From NCBI RefSeq assembly GCF_009914755.1, contig NC_060943.1: a stretch of 64,000 bases of DNA. One strand, given 5' to 3'. The notes beneath the pieces were generated by a model. The model was given only the letters and a program-made list of their open reading frames with translations. It had not been told where the DNA came from and ran no database searches. Both the position numbers and the translations under genes were made by a program. How positions within the stretch are numbered: position 1 is the stretch's first letter; each line of letters begins with the position of its first letter. Origin of the DNA: the human T2T-CHM13v2.0 reference genome, Homo sapiens. Positions 1-24,714 of this stretch are shown one piece after another.

Positions 1-380
1 GGATTGAACTTTCTGTGTCCAAAGAAAAAAGTTTACTCTAATGACGCATTTTGGTGTTTGATGACCACATGCCACATCCTTCTTGGGTCCAAACCCCCAA
101 GCAAACCTGACTGGCTTGAACAGAAATGTTTAAAAAGATAAATGCAAACCCAGTAGTAAGAGAAACTTGGAAGTTTCTGGGCTGTAAACAGGAGGCAGTT
201 TATCCTGTGAACTATATCACAAACTATATCCAGAATTGATCTGGAACTGGTATTCCCTTTCATGTGGCTGATCAAACTTCTGAGTCTTTTTCCTCCCTGT
301 AACTTTACCTTGTGAGCATGCACTACCCACTAGGCGTTGCATTTCCTACTACAAGTTCTTTGAATCTAATGTCCACTGCT

Positions 381-681
<301 letters not shown>

Positions 682-923
682 TAATGTCTACTACTCTTAG
701 CCCCATTCTGCAGAGCAGTATACTGAAGCCTCAAAGGAGGTAAGCCATGCCTGAGGTCACAGAGGCCAAGCCCTAACCACCATGTCCTCCCACTCCTGCC
801 CATATTTGTTTAAATGTTGGTGCTGGTTAGGCTATGGTTTGTGTCTTGGGCATGGGTTTCCAAACATCCCACTGCTGTCACCCTGTCTCATTCCCAGGAG
901 TTCTCTTAGAAGGAGAGACAAAA

Positions 924-1274
<351 letters not shown>

Positions 1275-1279
1275 CTAAT

Positions 1280-1521
1280 CTGCAGAACCGCAACCAGAGA
1301 GGTGCGCGGGTCTGATGTGTGTTTGGGGAAGGGGTGGGGAGGGGAGAGAGTCCCTTTCAGTGCCCAAGCCTGTGTGTGCAACTTCCTGCCAGTGAGGAAA
1401 CTCTCAGCTCGAGAATCAGCCCTGGTTCTCCTTTCCCCGATCTGGCCTCACAGGAGGAGTTGGCGGGGAGCCTTGGGCCCCTCTGGCCTCAGCCGGATTT
1501 CCCAGCCAAACGCAGAGAGAG
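1280..1521 (+). promoter_or_regulatory. C19orf38 proximal promoter/5' leader with haematopoietic-type motifs
   Basis: RUNX-type AACCGCA (1286-1292); ETS-type ACTTCCTG (1381-1388) and GAGGAA (~1394-1399); no TATA box. Confidence 0.5.
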
Positions 1522-1552
1522 ATGCCCTGGACCATCTTGCTCTTTGCAGCTG
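1522..1552 (+). CDS. C19orf38: C19orf38/HIDE1 coding exon 1 (signal peptide MPWTILLFAA-G)
   Basis: ATG at 1522; hydrophobic leader; G|gtgagt donor at 1553; joins exon 2 in phase 1. Confidence 0.95.
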
Positions 1553-2189
1553 GTGAGTCTGAAGCCCCCCTCTCAGATCCCCCACGCCTTTCCCCCCATC
1601 CTCTGTCCACCTTGCCGCTCCAGGGGCAGAAACCAGTGCAGGGGCTGCCGTTCTCAGGGCATCGAGGAGGCTGAGCCCTTGGCAGATGGGTTTTCCCCCT
1701 GAGCCTTGGAAACTCTCCAGTAGTGTTGGTTTTTTCTTCTTAGGCTCCTCATCACCCCCAAGTTTATGAATATCAGAAATATCACCCCTCTGGAGTCAGC
1801 TGTGCCCACACCCCATGATTCAGCCCCGCTTCGTCTCTGAAGGCTCCTTGAGTGCTGGGGCAGCAGGAGGGTCTACCTAGGGGGATATCAGTGTGGCAGG
1901 GGTGGGTGGGGGTTGGAGGCTGGACGAGGGAGGGTTTGTATAGACCTCACCTGGCCAGACACTCTGCTCAGAAGCCTGTGGGCAATCAGGAGAGAGATGG
2001 ATCCCCAGGAGACCATCCTGCAGGAAGCCGTGCTCCAAAATCCGTATTCTTCACCCAAGCCTGGGAAAGGAGATAAAAGTCCTCTGCCCTTCCTTCTCCT
2101 GCCCTCCCTCTCACTCACCCCCTCCCCTTCCTGCCACCCACCTCACTCACCCCCTCCCTCCTGCCATGATGGCCTCCTTGCTGCTCCTT

Positions 2190-3115
<926 letters not shown>

Positions 3116-3271
3116 TCACCATGTGCCAGGCAGTGTGGGGTAGGGTCACTAGCCTCCTGACTCACAGAAAACACAAGGCTGAGGGAGGGTGGTCTACTTG
3201 CCCGAGGCCACATAGCCAGGGCAGCCTCCACTCTCACCACGCACCCACCCACCTTACCCTCTGCATTGCAG

Positions 3272-3580
3272 GCTCCTTGGCGATCCCAGCACCATCCATC
3301 CGGCTGGTGCCCCCGTACCCAAGCAGCCAAGAGGACCCCATCCACATCGCATGCATGGCCCCTGGGAACTTCCCGGGGGCGAATTTCACACTGTATCGAG
3401 GGGGGCAGGTGGTCCAGCTCCTGCAGGCCCCCACGGACCAGCGCGGGGTGACATTTAACCTGAGCGGCGGCAGCAGCAAGGCTCCAGGGGGACCCTTCCA
3501 CTGCCAGTATGGAGTGTTAGGTGAGCTCAACCAGTCCCAGCTGTCAGACCTCAGCGAGCCCGTGAACGTCTCCTTCCCAG
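3272..3580 (+). CDS. C19orf38: C19orf38 exon 2, Ig-like domain ([12 protein letters not shown]...IACMAP...FHCQYG...VNVSFP)
   Basis: ttgcag| acceptor and CAG|gtaagg donor; two Ig cysteines; N-glycosylation sequons NFT, NLS, NQS, NVS; 309 nt, phase 1-1. Confidence 0.96.
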
Positions 3581-3740
3581 GTAAGGCCCTTCTATGGGAT
3601 CTCACTGCCGGGGGCTTAATTTTCTCACATGGACCTCTTGTGTGTACTGTTGACTCAGAGGCCTTCCCAGAAAAAGCCAGGCTTACACCCTGCCAGGACT
3701 TACTCGCCTTTCCTTTTTCAATCTTCTCAGCCAGCCCAAA

Positions 3741-3921
3741 AGGGGATTTGTTGGTTCACTGAGCTTAAGTCAGCTCACAGGGCCGACTTCAGGTATGGCT
3801 AGATCCAGGTGCTGAAAGCTGTCAGGGACCATTTGCCCCATCTCTGCTCCACATTCTTCTCCGTCTTATTGTCAGGCAGCCCGTCTCCCTCTTGGTGCCA
3901 AAATTGGTGCTGTGATTCTTC
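3741..3921. mobile_element. ERVL-MaLR LTR fragment (MLT1J/K-like), copy A
   Basis: GACTTCAGGTATGGCTAGATCCAGGTGCT block; near-duplicate at 7860. Confidence 0.55.
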
Positions 3922-4065
3922 CCATTTTGCAGATAAGGAAACTGAGGCACAGGAGGTACACACCTTGTACACAGGTAACAGGTAGCCAGTCTGGGATGCC
4001 ATTGCCTTCCAAAAACCATGAATTACACCTCCGTGACATACATTACTTCCCCTCTTGGCCACATA

Positions 4066-5281
<1,216 letters not shown>

Positions 5282-5479
5282 CCACATAAGGTTTCTGAGC
5301 ACTTACTATGGACCAAGAACTGTCTTTGGGCTTGCCCAAAGACATTCCAGGCTGACATTCCAGGCGGATGAGGACAGATGATAAACATGAAATCCAATAT
5401 ATATTCAACCTGCCAGCAGGGCACCAGATGAAATCCACCTGGGTGAGGATGTCATTATTTGAAGTAGAGTAGGGCGACT

Positions 5480-5517
5480 GGCCCCATGTTCTAATGGTCA
5501 GCCCTCTGGACTCTGAA
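5480..5517 (+). pseudogene. 5'-half tRNA-Gln(CTG) tailless retropseudogene
   Basis: GGCCCCATGTTCTAATGGTCAGCCCTCTGGACTCTGAA resembles the 5' half of human tRNA-Gln; anticodon CTG at 5513-5515; flanked by the 16-bp direct repeat TGAAGTAGAGTAGGGC. Confidence 0.85.
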
Positions 5518-5529
5518 GTAGAGTAGGGC

Positions 5530-5875
5530 AATCAGGGAAGCCCTCTCTGAGGAGGTGGCATTTGAGCAAAAAACTGAATGATGAGGAGGAGCCAATCATG
5601 TGGATATCCAGGGCATGTGTTGCAGGCAGAGGATACAGGATGTGCAAAGGCCCCGAGGCTGAAGCTTCCCTGGTGTGTCTGAGGAGCCCAGTATGGCTGA
5701 AGGATGGTGAACAAGGAGGAAAATGGGGAGAGGCGGGGCAGGGAGTTCACCAGGAGGATCGTGGGGGGTCTTGTAGACCACAGCAAGGATTCGATCTTTT
5801 CACCTGAGTGAGGGAACCCTGGCAGGGCTGATGTCCTTTTCTGATCTCTGAATGAGGAGGCTGGACATGGGTTAT
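5530..5875 (-). mobile_element. L2 LINE 3' fragment
   Basis: CAGGGAAGCCCTCTCTGAGGAGGTGGCATTTGAGC...GTGCAAAGGCCCCGAGG is the typical antisense L2 pattern. Confidence 0.75.
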
Positions 5876-5940
5876 GGGTCAAGAAGCAGGAGGGAGGAGC
5901 CTTTGGTGGCCTTCTGTGTTACCATCAGTCAGAACTTTCC

Positions 5941-7575
<1,635 letters not shown>

Positions 7576-7809
7576 TGAACAAGGCTGACATTGTGAGAAT
7601 ACCAAGCGTCTGTCTTCTTCCCTCTTCTGGCTTAGCTCCTCACCTCCCTTGGGGTCAGGGCATCTCCTCTTTCTCCAGGAAGGGGAAGCGAAGTCTTGTG
7701 CTGAGAAGGTGACTCTGGAACTGCCACTCCCATGCCTGTGTGACTAGCTTCTGGGTGGATCTCAGGGTCTACCGTTGGGCTGGGGGTGGATGTCATCTGG
7801 CCACTGGCA

Positions 7810-9170
<1,361 letters not shown>

Positions 9171-9277
9171 GCATTCATGTTCTTTGGTTGGGGGTTATGG
9201 GGTAAGGGCTGGCTACTCAAAGGTAACCTGGAGAGACGACACTGACCTGCCCACTCTCTTTTCTGATTTTCCTCCAG

Positions 9278-9370
9278 TGCCCACTTGGATCTTGGTGCTC
9301 TCCCTGAGCCTGGCTGGTGCCCTCTTCCTCCTTGCTGGGCTGGTGGCTGTTGCCCTGGTGGTCAGAAAAG
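9278..9370 (+). CDS. C19orf38: C19orf38 exon 3, transmembrane helix ([31 protein letters not shown])
   Basis: Polypyrimidine tract + ccag acceptor; AAG|gtaaca donor; 93 nt, phase 1-1. Confidence 0.96.
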
Positions 9371-9427
9371 GTAACAGCACGCAAAGCCTGGCACACAAGT
9401 TGCCAGTTGACAACTTCTGGAACGTGA

Positions 9428-11284
<1,857 letters not shown>

Positions 11285-11328
11285 TTAGGACCAAAATCTA
11301 ACACATGCTCATTTCTTTTTTGTTCCAG

Positions 11329-11356
11329 TTAAACTCAGAAATTTACAGAAGAAAAG
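11329..11356 (+). CDS. C19orf38: C19orf38 exon 4, 28-nt micro-exon (VKLRNLQKKR)
   Basis: tttcttttttgttccag| acceptor; AG|gtgaga donor; basic juxtamembrane stretch. Confidence 0.92.
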
Positions 11357-11949
11357 GTGAGATCATCCCTGGAGACCCACAGAGGGTGGTTTGGGGAAAG
11401 AAGGACACTTCCCTGGCAGGGTGGGCACTCCATGCCCCCCACAAACAGCGCCTCCTGGTGGGCATGCTGCGTAATAGGAACAGGAGCCATTTATTAAGTG
11501 CCTCCTGTGTGCTGGAGGACTGAGCTGGGACTCTCTGAAGCTGGAGCTCCTTATCCTTATGGCAGCCCTGGAAACAGGCACCATGAATAGCCCTATTTTA
11601 CAGAAGAGAGGACTGAGGCTCAGCACTCAGTCACAGAGTGAGCAGTTTGCCCAGGGAGAGGCCCTTCCCCACACCCCTTTACCTCCAGCTGCCAGAAAAC
11701 GGTCACAATCACTCTAGACACCCACAGTCAGTTTCTAAAGAATGCCCCTGGGGTTGTGCAGTGCCCAATTGCACTGTAGGTGATGGCCCAGGTTCCTGGG
11801 CACCAGGATGTCCTAACTGGCCCTGGCCTCAGTTTCTCTCCTCCGAGAGTGGGGAGACATCCTGCTGCCTGGAGATGAAAACCTGCTCTGGGGATTGAAT
11901 CCCAGCTTCACCTGGCTGTGGGCCTCCTAACCAGGAGAATATATATATG

Positions 11950-12873
<924 letters not shown>

Positions 12874-12926
12874 TGACTCAAGGGGCAACCCTGATCCCTG
12901 TCACTTTCTCCTGAATTCCTTTGCAG

Positions 12927-12970
12927 AGATCGAGAATCCTGCTGGGCCCAGATTAACTTCGACAGCACAG
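12927..12970 (+). CDS. C19orf38: C19orf38 exon 5 (DRESCWAQINFDST)
   Basis: ttcctttgcag| acceptor; CAG|gtctgt donor; 44 nt, frame consistent. Confidence 0.92.
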
Positions 12971-13263
12971 GTCTGTGCCTCCACACTCCTGACTCCAGTG
13001 GGGAAAGGATTACACCTCCAAATGCCATCAGGCCTCATCACACACCAATCAAATTTCTTCTGTGACTGCTTGTTCCCTTTAGGGTCAAAACACACCCTCG
13101 CCACCTCTTCCCCTGGGTTCTCACCTTCTCTCCTTTGACTTAACCTAAAGGTCACCTCCTCTGGGAAGCCTTCCCTGACTCCCTAGACAGGGTCTGTGCC
13201 TGCTACTTACAGGACCCCAGGTCCGACCATTCTTCTTACCCCTCGGTAGAAATACAATTAGGC

Positions 13264-14213
<950 letters not shown>

Positions 14214-14464
14214 TCATACTCATTTCCTCTGCTGAACGGCCAGCTCCATGGGGAAAGGACCATGTCTATCTCCGGGACTCCAGGGCCACACTTGCCTTCC
14301 AGAACATGCCATTCTGCCAGCTTCCCCAAGGGGGCGAAAGGCAGCCAGTCTGTCATGCAGGATATTCTCTTGAAGGCACCCCAAGCAGAGAAATGTATTC
14401 TCTGTACTTCATTCCTGGTCCAACACACACACTTATTGAGCACTTACTATGTGCTAAGATCTGA

Positions 14465-15860
<1,396 letters not shown>

Positions 15861-16181
15861 GGGTGATGGAGCAATTGGAGGAGAGCCTGGGGAGGAGGAG
15901 GAGCTGGCAGGTGCTCCTTCTGGAAGGCCTGAGATAAGACACCCATTTTCCTGAGGGCAGTGAGAGATACCCCTAGGAAGACTGTGTGTAGAAGGACTTG
16001 GTTCACTTTGTAGCTGTGAACAGTTCACCGTGCAGAATGGGTTGGAAAGGCGCCATAGAGGATGCTGGGAGATGGACCCCAATTGCTTCCCTGTGGGCTG
16101 GGGGGCAGTGCGGGGATGGCAGGGAGCAGGGAAGTTACAACTGGCCCCCAATCCTGGGTTTTCTTTCTCTTTCTGTTTCAG

Positions 16182-16219
16182 ACATGTCCTTCGATAACTC
16201 CCTGTTTACCGTCTCCGCG
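16182..16219 (+). CDS. C19orf38: C19orf38 exon 6 (DMSFDNSLFTVSA)
   Basis: Long pyrimidine tract + ttcag; GCG|gtgagt donor; 38 nt. Confidence 0.92.
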
Positions 16220-16430
16220 GTGAGTGGTTCTTTTTCTTGGAACCGGTTTTCTGCTGACCGTCCTACCGGGAGAACGGGGCGGGCTCAAGGGGCACCACGA
16301 GGCTAAGTTGACCTGCTGTCTCTAAGCTGCGGGGGGGCTAGGAAAAGCCCAGAATCACTGAACAGGGACTCAGTAGTGAGCCGAGAGTTGGCTGTGAAAA
16401 AATCCCAGGGGGTGTGTTAATTGAAGGTGG

Positions 16431-16438
16431 TGACGTCA
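16431..16438. promoter_or_regulatory. Full CRE palindrome TGACGTCA in C19orf38 intron 6
   Basis: Exact motif with intact CpG in non-Alu DNA. Confidence 0.4.
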
Positions 16439-16764
16439 GGCTGTCTTGTGGCCACAGGCAGGCAGGCCCCTTGGTGGTATGTCCTGGCCTGGTCAGTGCT
16501 GCCTTTGGTCTCAGTCATGACAGCCCCTCAGAATGGTGACAGAGGATTCAGGGTGACCTGGTGGCCTCTCATAGAGGCTTGTGACAATCTGTGTCACAAT
16601 CTGTGACAGGCTGTGGTCGGTCCCCTCTGGGTATAAAGAAAAGCATGAAGTTGCTGGGTGCGGTGACTCACGTCTGTAATCCCAGCACTTTGGAAGGCCG
16701 AGGCGGGTGTGGGTCAGGAGTTTGAGACCAGCCTGACCAATATGGTGAAACCTCATCTCTGCTA

Positions 16765-16968
<204 letters not shown>

Positions 16969-17594
16969 CTACCCCAAAATGTAGCTGTGCAGAGAGTCCC
17001 ATAGACCCAGGTTTAAATCCCAGCCCTGACACTGTGTGACAATGGGGAACAATATCCCCCAAAAGCAGAGGGAGGGATTTGTTTTTTTTCAAGACAGAGT
17101 CTAGCTCTGTCGCCCAGGCTGGAGCACAGTGGTGTGATCTCGGCTCACACAACTTCCGACTCCCGGGTTCAAGCAATTCTCATGCCTCAGCCTCCCGGGC
17201 AGCTGGGATTACAGGCACATGCTACCACACCCAGCTGATTTTTGTATTTTTAGTAGAGACGGGGGTTTCACCATGCTGGCCAGGCTGGTCTCAAACTCCT
17301 GACCTCAGGTGATCCACTGGGATTACAGGTGTGAGCCACCATGCTGGCTGGCTGCGGAAGCTGCTTTAGACAGGAGATCAGGAAAGTCTGAGATGGGTGA
17401 CAAGCAGGAGGTGGGGAAGATTGGGGATGATTGATCCAGGCTGAGGACACATTTTTGGCACAGCCCAGTAAGCTGGGGTGGAGTGAGGAGTCGAAGGGGA
17501 CCCCATGAAGAACTTTGATTTTACTGCTATTGAGCTGGGATCCCGGAAGGGTTCCTAGTATAGGAGGGAGGGGACCGGATTCAGGTGCACACAG

Positions 17595-17609
17595 GCGCCC
17601 TCTGGTGGC
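17595..17609 (-). promoter_or_regulatory. CTCF core motif, reverse orientation
   Basis: Reverse complement GCCACCAGAGGGCGC is a near-perfect consensus. Confidence 0.65.
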
Positions 17610-18149
17610 TTCTGCAGGAGGACAGATTTGGGGAAAGCGGGGATCAGTGGAAGGCAGGAGCCTGGAGACTGAAGAGCTGGGCCAAGCGTGCACCAAAGGG
17701 TGGGTGGTTTGGTCCAAAATGTTGGCAGTGGAGTTCGAAGAAGTGATCAGATGCAGGTTAGGGGAGATATAGGGGAGAGAAAACACAGAGCTGATTTTTG
17801 ATGAGGGGGCCAAGGGAGAAGAGGGAGGCCAAGGAGGGTGAGGCTTGGAGGGTCAGGAGTGTGGAGTCAGCCACCTCAACCCATGGCGCCTGGGAGCAGA
17901 TGGAGAGGGGAGTCTACAGTTCAGGAGAGAGGTCAGTTCTAGAGATAGACTAGGAGTGCCTGGGATACAGATGGTAGGAAGGAAGGGGGCTTGGCACGGG
18001 CCTGTGCAGCCCTCTGAGGTCTCTGCTTCCAGAATAAATCCTGAGGCCATAAGAAAAACCCGGCAGGCAGGGCTCAATCTAAACGTTTCCATGAGAATCC
18101 ACACCGCACAGAACACCAGCCTGGTGATGCCCCCTCTCCCCACTTTTTG

Positions 18150-21135
<2,986 letters not shown>

Positions 21136-21460
21136 CTAGTTTCCTTTTGAAGCCTTATACTGCTTTGTCGTTGGCTGAAATGGTAAGGCAGCAGCTGACC
21201 TGTCTCTAGCTTTCCCCATTACCTTGCTGAGTGTCTGATATGCAACTTTGTAACACCCTTTCAGGTGGGATCGATTATTTTCTTTTTACGAACAAGGACA
21301 CTGAGGCTGATAATGGGCCTAGGGTCACCCAGCTTGGGAGGGACAGGACTGTGGGTGGAACCCCCAGCCTGCTGTCAACTGAGTGGCTTTAGTTCTAGCA
21401 AATTCATCTCTCTTTAACTAGGATCAGGGTCAGGAGCCTCCAAGGCAGAGGAGGAGGTAG

Positions 21461-22055
<595 letters not shown>

Positions 22056-22229
22056 GTTTAGCAGAGAGGAAGGCAGGAGAAGGGAAGACCAGGACAGGTG
22101 GGTGTGGGTGGGGGCGGGATGAGAGGAGACCTGCTGGGCTGGCAGAGTCTCAGGCTCAGAACATGGAGAAACCCTAGATCCTGAAACCCCAAATCACCCA
22201 CTTCTGTGTTTCTTCTTACATGGACAAAG

Positions 22230-22379
22230 AAAACGATGCCAGAAGAAGACCCGGCCACCTTGGATGATCACTCAGGCACCACTGCCACCCCCAGCAACTC
22301 CAGGACCCGGAAGAGGCCCACTTCCACGTCCTCCTCGCCTGAGACCCCCGAATTCAGCACTTTCCGGGCCTGCCAGTGA
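22230..22379 (+). CDS. C19orf38: C19orf38 terminal coding exon ([10 protein letters not shown]...[10 protein letters not shown])
   Basis: aag| acceptor; TGA at 22377-22379; exon lengths sum to 693 nt = 230 aa + stop. Confidence 0.93.
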   Translation, partial: KTMPEEDPATLDDHSGTTATPSNSRTRKRPTSTSSSPETPEFSTFRACQ

Positions 22380-22800
22380 GGCTGAGGACTGGGGGACCCC
22401 TCTGTCTCCAGGCATTCGGGGGCCTGAGGTCCCTCCAGCTACTTCTGGGGGGGCTCTGTCAGCCACTTTCTCAGGGAATTGGACAGAGGAAAGGAAGGGG
22501 AACCCTGGCCTTGGGATTTTCATCACAGAGGAGTGGGAGAGGGGACACAGGCATGGGCCTGGCACTATACAGACAACAGGAAGTTCCCCTCTCGACCTTC
22601 GGCTCCTCAGGACCACCAGAGAAGGAGATGTCAGGACCCCTTCTTGTCCCCCAGCTGGGCCATAAGACGTCCCAGGTCTCTGCACACCCGTGGAATTCCT
22701 CCCTTCCCCAGTGGGTTTTTGAGCATAGGGTGCCCTTGGGTGTGTTGTGTGTCTGCCTGCTGGCTTGCTTAAGTTATTAATTATAACACGGGTCAAGGTG
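22380..22800 (+). other. C19orf38: C19orf38 3' UTR (end approximate)
   Basis: Unique sequence after the stop; only AT-rich candidate signal is TTATTAATTATAAC at about 22774-22787. Confidence 0.55.
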
Positions 22801-23012
22801 TTCCCAGGCCTCTATGGAGTGGAATCCTTCAAGCTGGGGACCTCTGGATCCCATGGTTGGATGGCTGGGGGGTGGAGCGTGTCTGAATTCACCAAATTTG
22901 AAGCATCTCTCAAGGGCAGTCAGGGTGGTGTATGCGGAGCCTCCTGGGGGTGTGGGGAGTGCAGCAGTGCCATGCCAGGGTCTCTGCAACGGTACTTGCA
23001 TTAGAGGGTTTA

Positions 23013-23557
<545 letters not shown>

Positions 23558-24464
23558 TTAAAGCTGGAGTGCTAGGAAGTGGCCCAAGCTCACTGGGTCG
23601 CCCAAAAGAGATGGGGCCACCCAAAATGAAGGGGGATGCAGAGAGAAGACGGGTTTGTGTGGCGGGAGAGGGGCCCTGCGCCGGGCCAGGCTGGACTCAG
23701 CATCGTTGGAGGAGGGGCTGAGAGAGGAGGGGGTCAAAGGATATCTTGTGCGAAAGGAGACAGTCAAACATTAAGGATTAAGAAGGCAATGTGGGCAGAG
23801 ATGATGGGGAAGGGAGGAGGAGCGGTCGAATGTCGGGGAGGGGTCCTTTCAACCGGGCTCAGGTTGCTCCTGGAGGCCAGGGCTCATCGGAAATCGTCGG
23901 TGCGGGGGCGGTGGGGGGAAGGGTTGGGGGCGAGGCCCGGGCGCTGGCCACGCCCTTTCCCCCGCCCATTCCCCAGAGCGGGGCGGCTGACAAAGCGAGT
24001 CCGGGTGGGAGGGCGCGGGCAGGCACGGGGGCGGGGCCTCGTCGCGGCTGGGCCACGCCTCCCTGAGGGCTGCCTCACAAAGCCGGGCGGGCCCGGGGGG
24101 GTGGGGCCCAGTCTCAGGGGCGTGTCCAGGTCGGGGCAGGGAAGCCGCATCACGACGCGCGGCTGCTTGTGTGGGGCGGGGTACAGGGCGTGTCCACGCG
24201 GCCGAGCACCGCCCCCGCCGTCCCCGCACCGCCTCACTCGAAAGCAGCCGTTAATGAGGCGCCGGCCTGGGGGCGGGGCCCAGGCCTCCGAGGGGCGTGC
24301 CCGCGCGCCCGAGCACCGCCCCCGACGTACCCTCCCGCCCCGCAGTTCCCGGGCGGTGGAGCCACCTCACAAAGCGGCGACCGTTCTCGCGGGGCGGGGC
24401 GTAGCCGGTCCCGCCCCACGGGGTGCCCTCTCGTTCGCTCGCTAGCTCCCCGCGCCCAGGACGG

Positions 24465-24480
24465 CCGGCAGAGGGCGCTG
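24465..24480 (+). promoter_or_regulatory. CTCF-like motif CCGGCAGAGGGCGCTG, forward orientation
   Basis: Close match to consensus, but in GC-rich DNA where chance matches are likelier. Confidence 0.45.
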
Positions 24481-24576
24481 CGCCACGGGGCCGGGCCGCG
24501 GCGACGGTGGCGGCGGCGGCGGCGAGGCGGCGCGTGGCCGGCAGGCGGCGCTGCCCGGCTCGGCCTCGGCCTGCAC

Positions 24577-24601
24577 GGCGGCTGCGGCGGCGGTAGCGGC
24601 A

Positions 24602-24661
<60 letters not shown>

Positions 24662-24663
24662 GC
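24577..24663 (+). repeat. GGC/CGG trinucleotide repeat in the CARM1 5' leader; pure (GGC)16 at 24604-24651 within 29 imperfect triplets
   Basis: Counted directly; TGC, GGT and AGC interruptions. Confidence 0.95.
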
Positions 24664-24714
24664 CTGGGCCCGGGCGCAGCGGCGGCGGCGGCGGGGCCTG
24701 GAGCCGGATCTAAG

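Noticed and set aside
1-360. Unique-looking sequence with a 96-aa minus-strand ORF
   Set aside because: No recognisable homology or exon signals; may be an old repeat I cannot assign
3121-3271. In-frame ATG 3121 as the HIDE1 start
   Set aside because: Intronic; gives no signal peptide, whereas exon 1 at 1522 supplies one with correct phase
5341-5365. Short direct duplications (GACATTCCAGGC x2; also 2110-2166 and 58389-58415)
   Set aside because: Ordinary slippage-scale duplications with no further structure
5460-5529. Repeat-spacer-repeat resembling CRISPR, or a functional tRNA gene
   Set aside because: Human DNA with only two repeats, which are a TSD; the tRNA lacks its T arm, B box and 3' acceptor strand
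23636-24445. 269-aa Gly/Arg-rich ORF upstream of CARM1
   Set aside because: Stop-poor CpG island; no recognisable domain or splice support
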